A stretch of DNA of 64,000 nt, from NCBI GenBank assembly GCA_964057225.1, contig CAXKVF010000099.1, forward strand, positions 25,648 to 89,647, in the 5' to 3' direction. How positions within the stretch are numbered: the stretch's first letter is position 1; every line of letters starts with the position of its first letter. The translations under genes and the position numbers were made by a program. Below the pieces are notes generated by a model. It worked only from the letters and a program-made list of their open reading frames with translations. It ran no database searches and was not told the DNA's origin. Of this stretch, positions 55,401 to 64,000 are shown in pieces. Source of the stretch: Auanema rhodensis. Lineage: Eukaryota; Animalia; Nematoda.

Positions 55401-58400
55401 GAGTTACATACCAAGTGCACATCACGTGTACATTTAATTAGCATAAATTAAAGTTCACGTAAATTTCAAAGTCATGGTTACCATGAACCAATATCAATAA
55501 AAATTTGTTTTTAGACTAATATGGACATGGGGAATCTAATTTTGAAAACCGCATCTCTTTATCTTTCACGTGAAGCGAGTTACATACCAAGTGCACATCA
55601 CGTGTACATTTAATTAGCATAAATTAAAGTTCACGTAAATTTCAAAGTCATGGTTACCATGAACCAATATCAATAAAAATTTGTTTTTAGACTAATATGG
55701 ACATGGGGAATCTAATTTTGAAAACCGCATCTCTTTATCTTTCACGTGAAGCGAGTTACATACCAAGTGCACATCACGTGTACATTTAATTAGCATAAAT
55801 TAAAGTTCACGTAAATTTCAAAGTCATGGTTACCATGAAGCAATATCAATAAAAATTTGTTTTTAGACTAATATGGACATGGGGAATCTAATTTTGAAAA
55901 CCGCATCTCTTTATCTTTCACGTGAAGCGAGTTACATACCAAGTGCACATCACGTGTACATTTAATTAGCATAAATTAAAGTTCACGTAAATTTCAAAGT
56001 CATGGTTACCATGAAGCAATATCAATAAAAATTTGTTTTTAGACTAATATGGACATGGGGAATCTAATTTTGAAAACCGCATCTCTTTATCTTTCACGTG
56101 AAGCGAGTTACATACCAAGTGCACATCACGTGTACATTTAATTAGCATAAATTAAAGTTCACGTAAATTTCAAAGTCATGGTTACCATGCACCAATATCA
56201 ATAAAAATTTGTTTTTAGACTAATATGGACATGGGGAATCTAATTTTGAAAACCGAATCTCTTTATCTTTCACGTGAAGCGAGTTACATACCAAGTGCAC
56301 ATCACGTGTACATTTAATTAGCATAAATTAAAGTTCACGTAAATTTCAAAGTCATGGTTACCATGAACCAATATCAATAAAAATTTGTTTTTAGACTAAT
56401 ATGGACATGGGGAATCTAATTTTGAAAACCGCATCTCTTTATCTTCCACGTGAAGCGAGTTACATACCAAGTGCACATCACGTGTACATTTAATTAGCAT
56501 AAATTAAAGTTCACGTAAATTTCAAAGTCATGGTTACCATGAACCAATATCAATAAAAATTTGTTTTTAGACTAATATGGACATGGGGAATCTAATTTTG
56601 AAAACCGCATCTCTTTATCTTTCACGTGAAGCGAGTTACATACCAAGTGCACATCACGTGTACATTTAATTAGCATAAATTAAAGTTCACGTAAATTTCA
56701 AAGTCATGGTTACCATGAAGCAATATCAATAAAAATTTGTTTTTAGACTAATATGGACATGGGGAATCTAATTTTGAAAACCGCATCTCTTTATCTTTCA
56801 CGTGAAGCGAGTTACATACCAAGTGCACATCACGTGTACATTTAATTAGCATAAATTAAAGTTCACGTAAATTTCAAAGTCATGGTTACCATGAACCAAT
56901 ATCAATAAAAATTTGTTTTTAGACTAATATGGACATGGGGAATCTAATTTTGAAAACCGCATCTCTTTATCTTTCACGTGAAGCGAGTTACATACCAAGT
57001 GCACATCACGTGTACATTTAATTAGCATAAATTAAAGTTCACGTAAAATTCAAAGTCATGGTTACCATGCACCAATATCAATAAAAATTTGTTTTTAGAC
57101 TAATATGGACATGGGGAATCTAATTTTGAAAACCGCATCTCTTTATCTTTCACGTGAAGCGAGTTACATACCAAGTGCACATCACGTGTACATTTAATTA
57201 GCATAAATTAAAGTTCACGTAAATTTCAAAGTCATGGTTACCATGAACCAATATCAATAAAAACTTGTTTTTAGACTAATATGGACATGGGGAATCTAAT
57301 TTTGAAAACCGCATCTCTTTATCTTTCACGTGAAGCGAGTTACATACCAAGTGCACATCACGTGTACATTTAATTAGCATAAATTAAAGTTCACGTAAAT
57401 TTCAAAGTCATGGTTACCATGAACCAATATCAATAAAAATTTGTTTTTAGACTAATATGGACATGGGGAATCTAATTTTGAAAACCGCATCTCTTTATCT
57501 TTCACGTGAAGCGAGTTACATACCAAGTGCACATCACGTGTACATTTAATTAGCATAAATTAAAGTTCACGTAAATTTCAAAGTCATGGTTACCATGAAC
57601 CAATATCAATAAAAATTTGTTTTTAGACTAATATGGACATGGGGAATCTAATTTTGAAAACCGCATCTCTTTATCTTTCACGTGAAGCGAGTTACATACC
57701 AAGTGCACATCACGTGTACATTTAATTAGCATAAATTAAAGTTCACGTAAACTTCAAAGTCATGGTTACCATGAAGCAATATCAATAAAAATTTGTTTTT
57801 AGACTAATATGGACATGGGGAATCTAATTTTGAAAACCGCATCTCTTTATCTTTCACGTGAAGCGAGTTACATACCAAGTGCACATCACGTGTACATTTA
57901 ATTAGCATAAATTAAAGTTCACGTAAATTTCAAAGTCATGGTTACCATGAACCAATATCACGAAAAATTTGTTTTTAGACTAATATGGACATGGGGAATC
58001 TAATTTTGAGAACCGCATCTCTTTATCTTTCACGTGAAGCGAGTTACATACCAAGTGCACATCACGTGTACATTTAATTAGCATAAATTAAAGTTCACGT
58101 AAATTTCAAAGTCATGGTTACCATGCACCAATATCAATAAAAATTTGTTTTTAGACTAATATGGACATGGGGAATCTAATTTTGAAAACCGCATCTCTTT
58201 ATCTTTCACGTGAAGCGAGTTACATACCAAGTGCACATCACGTGTACATTTAATTAGCATAAATTAAAGTTCACGTAAATTTCAAAGTCATGGTTACCAT
58301 GAACCAATATCAATAAAAATTTGTTTTTAGACTAATATGGACATGGGGAATCTAATTTTGAAAACCGCATCTCTTTATCTTTCACGTGAAGCGAGCTACA

Positions 58401-59524
58401 TACCAAGTGCACATCACGTGTACATTTAATTAGCATAAATTAAAGTTCACGTAAATTTCAAAGTCATGGTTACCATGAAGCAATATCAATAAAAATTTGT
58501 TTTTAGACTAATATGGACATGGGGAATCTAATTTTGAAAACCGCATCTCTTTATCTTTCACGTGAAGCGAGTTACATACCAAGTGCACATCACGTGTACA
58601 TTTAATTAGCATAAATTAAAGTTCACGTAAATTTCAAAGTCATGGTTACCATGAACCAATATCAATAAAAATTTGTTTTTAGACTAATATGGACATGGGG
58701 AATCTAATTTTGAAAACCGCATCTCTTTATCTTTCACGTGAAGCGAGTTACATACCAAGTGCACATCACGTGTACATTTAATTAGCATAAATTAAAGTTC
58801 ACGTAAATTTCAAAGTCATGGTTACCATGGAAGCAATATCAATAAAAATTTGTTTTTAGACTAATATGGACCATCGGGAATCTAATTTTGAAAAACCGCA
58901 TCTCTTTATCTTTCACGTGAAGCGAGTTACATACCAAGTGCACATCACGTGTACATTTAATTAGCATAAATTAAAGTTCACGTAAATTCAAAGTCATGGT
59001 TACCATGAACCAATATCAATAAAATTTGTTTTTTAGACTAATATGGACATGGGGAATCTAATTTTGAAAACCGCATCTCTTTATCTTTCACGTGAAGCGA
59101 GTTACATACCAAGTGCACATCACGTGTACATTTAATTAGCATAAATTAAAGTTCACGTAAATTTCAAAGTCATGGTTACCATGAACCAATATCAATAAAA
59201 ATTTGTTTTAGACTAATATGGACATGGGGAATCTAATTTTGAAAACCGCATCTCTTTATCTTTCACGTGAAGCGAGTTACATACCAAGTGCACATCACGT
59301 GTACATTTAATTAGCATAAATTAAAGTTCACGTAAATTTCAAAGTCATGGTTACCATGAACCAATATCAATAAAAATTTGTTTTTAGACTAATATGGACA
59401 TGGGGAATCTAATTTTGAAAAACCGCATCTCTTTATCTTTCACGTGAAGCGAGTTACATACCAAGTGCACATCACGTGTACATTTAATTAGCATAAATTA
59501 AAGTTCACGTAAATTTCAAAGTCA
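51427..59524. repeat. 23-monomer (4048-bp) tandem duplication
   Basis: CCGAAT (52208/56256), CTTCCA, AAAATTC, AAAACTTG, CACGAAA+GAGAACC, GAGCTA (54348/58396) and CCATCGGG all recur at 4048 bp. Confidence 0.88.
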
Positions 59525-61460
59525 TGGTTACCATGAACCAATATCACGAAAAATTTGTTTTTAGACTAATATGGACATGGGGAATCTAATTTTGAGAACC
59601 GCATCTCTTTATCTTTCACGTGAAGCGAGTTACATACCAAGTGCACATCACGTGTACATTTAATTAGCATAAATTAAAGTTCACGTAAATTCAAAGTCAT
59701 GGTTACCATGCACCAATATCAATAAAAATTTGTTTTTAGACTAATATGGACATGGGGAATCTAATTTTGAAAACCGCATCTCTTTATCTTTCACGTGAAG
59801 CGAGTTACATACCAAGTGCACATCACGTGTACATTTAATTAGCATAAATTAAAGTTCACGTAAACTTCAAAGTCATGGTTACCATGAACCAATATCAATA
59901 AAAATTTGTTTATAGACTAATATGGACATGGGGAATCTAATTTTGAAAAACCGCATCTCTTTATCTTTCACGTGAAGCGAGTTACATACCAAGTGCACAT
60001 CACGTGTACATTTAATTAGCATAAATTAAAGTTCACGTAAATTTCAAAGTCATGGTTACCATGAACCAATATCAATAAAAATTTGTTTATAGACTAATAT
60101 GGACATGGGGAATCTAATTTTGAAAACCGCATCTCTTTATCTTTCACGTGAAGCGAGTTACATACCAAGTGCACATCACGTGTACATTTAATTAGCATAA
60201 ATTAAAGTTCACGTAAATTTCAAAGTCATGGTTACCATGAACCAATATCAATAAAAATTTGTTTTTAGACTAATATGGACATGGGGAATCTAATTTTGAA
60301 AACCGCATCTCTTTATCTTTCACGTGAAGCGAGTTACATACCAAGTGCACATCACGTGTACATTTAATTAGCATAAATTAAAGTTCACGTAAATTTCAAA
60401 GTCATGGTTACCATGAACCAATATCAATAAAAATTTGTTTTTAGACTAATATGGACATGGGGAATCTAATTTTGAAAACCGCATCTCTTTATCTTTCACG
60501 TGAAGCGAGTTACATACCAAGTGCACATCACGTGTACATTTAATTAGCATAAATTAAAGTTCACGTAAATTTCAAAGTCATGGTTACCATGAACCAATAT
60601 CAATAAAAATTTGTTTTTAGACTAATATGGACATGGGGAATCTAATTTTGAAAACCGCATCTCTTTATCTTTCACGTGAAGCGAGTTACATACAAGTGCA
60701 CATCACGTGTACATTTAATTAGCATAAATTAAAGTTCACGTAAATTTCAAAGTCATGGTTACCATGAACCAATATCACTAAAAATTTGTTTTTAGACTAA
60801 TATGGACATGGGGAATCTAATTTTGAGAACCGCATCTCTTTATCTTTCACGTGAAGCGAGTTACATACCAAGTGCACATCACGTGTACATTTAATTAGCA
60901 TAAATTAAAGTTCACGTAAATTTCAAAGTCATGGTTACCATGCACCAATATCAATAAAAATTTGTTTTTAGACTAATATGGACATGGGGAATCTAATTTT
61001 GAAAACCGCATCTCTTTATCTTTCACGTGAAGCGAGTTACATACCAAGTGCACATCACGTGTACATTTAATTAGCATAAATTAAAGTTCACGTAAACTTC
61101 AAAGTCATGGTTACCATGAACCAATATCAATAAAAATTTGTTTATAGACTAATATGGACATGGGGAATCTAATTTTGAAAACCGCATCTCTTTATCTTTC
61201 ACGTGAAGCGAGTTACATACCAAGTGCACATCACGTGTACATTTAATTAGCATAAATTAAAGTTCACGTAAATTTCAAAGTCATGGTTACCATGAACCAA
61301 TATCAATAAAAATTTGTTTATAGACTAATATGGACATGGGGAATCTAATTTTGAAAACCGCATCTCTTTATCTTTCACGTGAAGCGAGTTACATACCAAG
61401 TGCACATCACGTGTACATTTAATTAGCATAAATTAAAGTTCACGTAAATTTCAAAGTCAT
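59525..61460. repeat. About 7-monomer (about 1232-bp) repeat unit
   Basis: The series GAGAACC monomer, GCAC+AAACTT monomer, then two TTTATAG monomers appears from about 59525 and again from about 60756. Confidence 0.65.
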
Positions 61461-64000
61461 GGTTACCATGAACCAATATCAATAAAAATTTGTTTTTAGA
61501 CTAATATGGACATGGGGAATCTAATTTTGAAAACCGCATCTCTTTATCTTTCACGTGAAGCGAGTTACATACCAAGTGCACATCACGTGTACATTTAATT
61601 AGCATAAATTAAAGTTCACGTAAATTTCAAAGTCATGGTTACCATGAACCAATATCAATAAAAATTTGTTTTTAGACTAATATGGACATGGGGAATCTAA
61701 TTTTGAAAACCGCATCTCTTTATCTTTCACGTGAAGCGAGTTACATACCAAGTGCACATCACGTGTACATTTAATTAGCATAAATTAAAGTTCACGTAAA
61801 TTTCAAAGTCATGGTTACCATGAACCAATATCAATAAAAATTTGTTTTTAGACTAATATGGACATGGGAATCTAATTTTGAAAAACCGCATCTCTTTATC
61901 TTTCACGTGAAGCGAGTTACATACCAAGTGCACATCACGTGTACATTTAATTAGCATAAATTAAAGTTCACGTAAATTTCAAAGTCATGGTTACCATGAA
62001 CCAATATCAATAAAAATTTGTTTTTAGACTAATATGGACATGGGGAATCTAATTTTGAAAACCGCATCTCTTTATCTTTCACGTGAAGCGAGTTACATTA
62101 CCAAGTGCACATCACGTGTACATTTAATTAGCATAAATTAAAGTTCACGTAAATTTCAAAGTCATGGTTACCATGAACCAATATCAATAAAAATTTGTTT
62201 TTAGACTAATATGGACATGGGGAATCTAATTTTGAAAACCGCATCTCTTTATCTTTCACGTGAAGCGAGTTACATACCAAGTGCACATCACGTGTACATT
62301 TAATTAGCATAAATTAAAGTTCACGTAAATTTCAAAGTCATGGTTACCATGAACCAATATCAATAAAAATTTGTTTTTAGACTAATATGGACATGGGGAA
62401 TCTAATTTGAAAACCGCATCTCTTTATCTTTCACGTGAAGCGAGTTACATACCAAGTGCACATCACGTGTACATTTAATTAGCATAAATTAAAGTTCACG
62501 TAAATTTCAAAGTCATGGTTACCATGAACCAATATCAATAAAAAATTTGTTTTTAGACTAATATGGACATGGGGAATCTAATTTTGAAAACCGCATCTCT
62601 TTATCTTTCACGTGAAGCGAGTTACATACCAAGTGCACATCACGTGTACATTTAATTAGCATAAATTAAAGTTCACGTAAATTTCAAAGTCATGGTTACC
62701 ATGAACCAATATCAATAAAAATTTGTTTTTAGACTAATATGGACATGGGGAATCTAATTTTGAAAACCGCATCTCTTTATCTTTCACGTGAAGCGAGTTA
62801 CATACCAAGTGCACATCACGTGTACATTTAATTAGCATAAATTAAAGTTCACGTAAATTTCAAAGTCATGGTTACCATGAACCAATATCAATAAAAATTT
62901 GTTTTTAGACTAATATGGACATGGGGAATCTAATTTTGAAAACCGCATCTCTTTATCTTTCACGTGAAGCGAGTTACATACCAAGTGCACATCACGTGTA
63001 CATTTAATTAGCATAAATTAAAGTTCACGTAAATTTCAAAGTCATGGTTACCATGACCAATATCAATAAAAATTTGTTTTTAGACTAATATGGACATGGG
63101 GAATCTAATTTTGAAAACCGCATCTCTTTATCTTTCACGTGAAGCGAGTTACATACCAAGTGCACATCACGTGTACATTTAATTAGCATAAATTAAAGTT
63201 CACGTAAATTTCAAAGTCATGGTTACCATGAACCAATATCAATAAAAATTTGTTTTTAGACTAATATGGACATGGGGAATCTAATTTTGAAAACCGCATC
63301 TCTTTATTCTTTCACGTGAAGCGAGTTACATACCAAGTGCACATCACGTGTACATTTAATTAGCATAAATTAAAGTTCACGTAAATTTCAAAGTCATGGT
63401 TACCATGAACCAATATCAATAAAAATTTGTTTTAGACTAATATGGACATGGGGAATCTAATTTTGAAAACCGCATCTCTTTATCTTTCACGTGAAGCGAG
63501 TTACATACCAAGTGCACATCACGTGTACATTTAATTAGCATAAATTAAAGTTCACGTAAATTTCAAAGTCATGGTTACCATGAACCAATATCAATAAAAA
63601 TTTGTTTTTAGACTAATATGGACATGGGGAATCTAATTTTGAAAACCGCATCTCTTTATCTTTCACGTGAAGCGAGTTACATACCAAGTGCACATCACGT
63701 GTACATTTAATTAGCATAAATTAAAGTTCACGTAAATTTCAAAGTCATGGTTACCATGAACCAATATCATAAAAATTTGTTTTTAGACTAATATGGACAT
63801 GGGGAATCTAATTTTGAGAAACCGCAGCTCTTTATCTTTCACGTGAAGCGAGTTACATACCAAGTGCACATCACGTGTACATTTAATTAGCATAAATTAA
63901 AGTTCACGTAAATTTCAAAGTCATGGTTACCATGAACCAATATCACGAAAAATTTGTTTTTAGACTAATATGGACATGGGGAATCTAATTTTGAGAACCG

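Larger units (their letters stand above)
1..64000. repeat. Tandem satellite DNA array, 176-bp monomer, about 363 head-to-tail copies, one orientation (putative centromeric/pericentromeric satellite; species and family not identified)
   Basis: TGGTTACCATG recurs at 1, 177, 353 and so on, exactly at 1+176k up to 40833 (e.g. 2641, 39601). Monomers usually differ from consensus by 0-4 substitutions. No unique sequence is present. The satellite call is direct. Centromeric function is only inferred from the nucleosome-scale monomer length and high homogeneity. Confidence 0.98.

Noticed and set aside
1-64000. CRISPR array or other repeat-spacer system
   Set aside because: There are no unique spacers: the whole 176-bp unit is repeated, and no cas or other genes are present.
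1-64000. Encoded information in the order of GAAC/GCAC/GAAG monomer types
   Set aside because: The order is adequately explained by nested block duplications; no independent periodic code was evident by eye.

Overview
The whole 64-kb window is one uninterrupted, single-orientation, head-to-tail tandem array of a 176-bp AT-rich monomer (about 32% GC by hand count, about 363 copies). This is eukaryotic satellite DNA of the centromeric/pericentromeric or heterochromatic type. Consensus: TGGTTACCATGAACCAATATCAATAAAAATTTGTTTTTAGACTAATATGGACATGGGGAATCTAATTTTGAAAACCGCATCTCTTTATCTTTCACGTGAAGCGAGTTACATACCAAGTGCACATCACGTGTACATTTAATTAGCATAAATTAAAGTTCACGTAAATTTCAAAGTCA. I found no genes, RNA genes, transposon insertions, inversions or CRISPR spacers. 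The two 60-aa ORFs come from one SNP that removes a stop codon in the monomer. I cannot assign the species or a named satellite family from the sequence, and I found no new gene-encoded system. The information lies in monomer architecture and variant structure. (i) Each monomer carries three TCACGT motifs about 3 helical turns apart, including two full CACGTG E-boxes (one an exact match to the yeast CDEI consensus), and several dyads. (ii) Diagnostic SNPs reveal nested, in-register tandem duplications of 2, 4, 5, 6, 7, 8, 10, 21, 23 and 27 monomers rather than one fixed higher-order repeat. (iii) Two 193-bp monomers share a 17-bp internal duplication. (iv) CpG decay is almost absent. (v) 1-bp homopolymer indels start abruptly at about 58.8 kb, most likely reflecting lower assembly consensus quality. 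All variant calls were read by eye and should be confirmed by monomer alignment.
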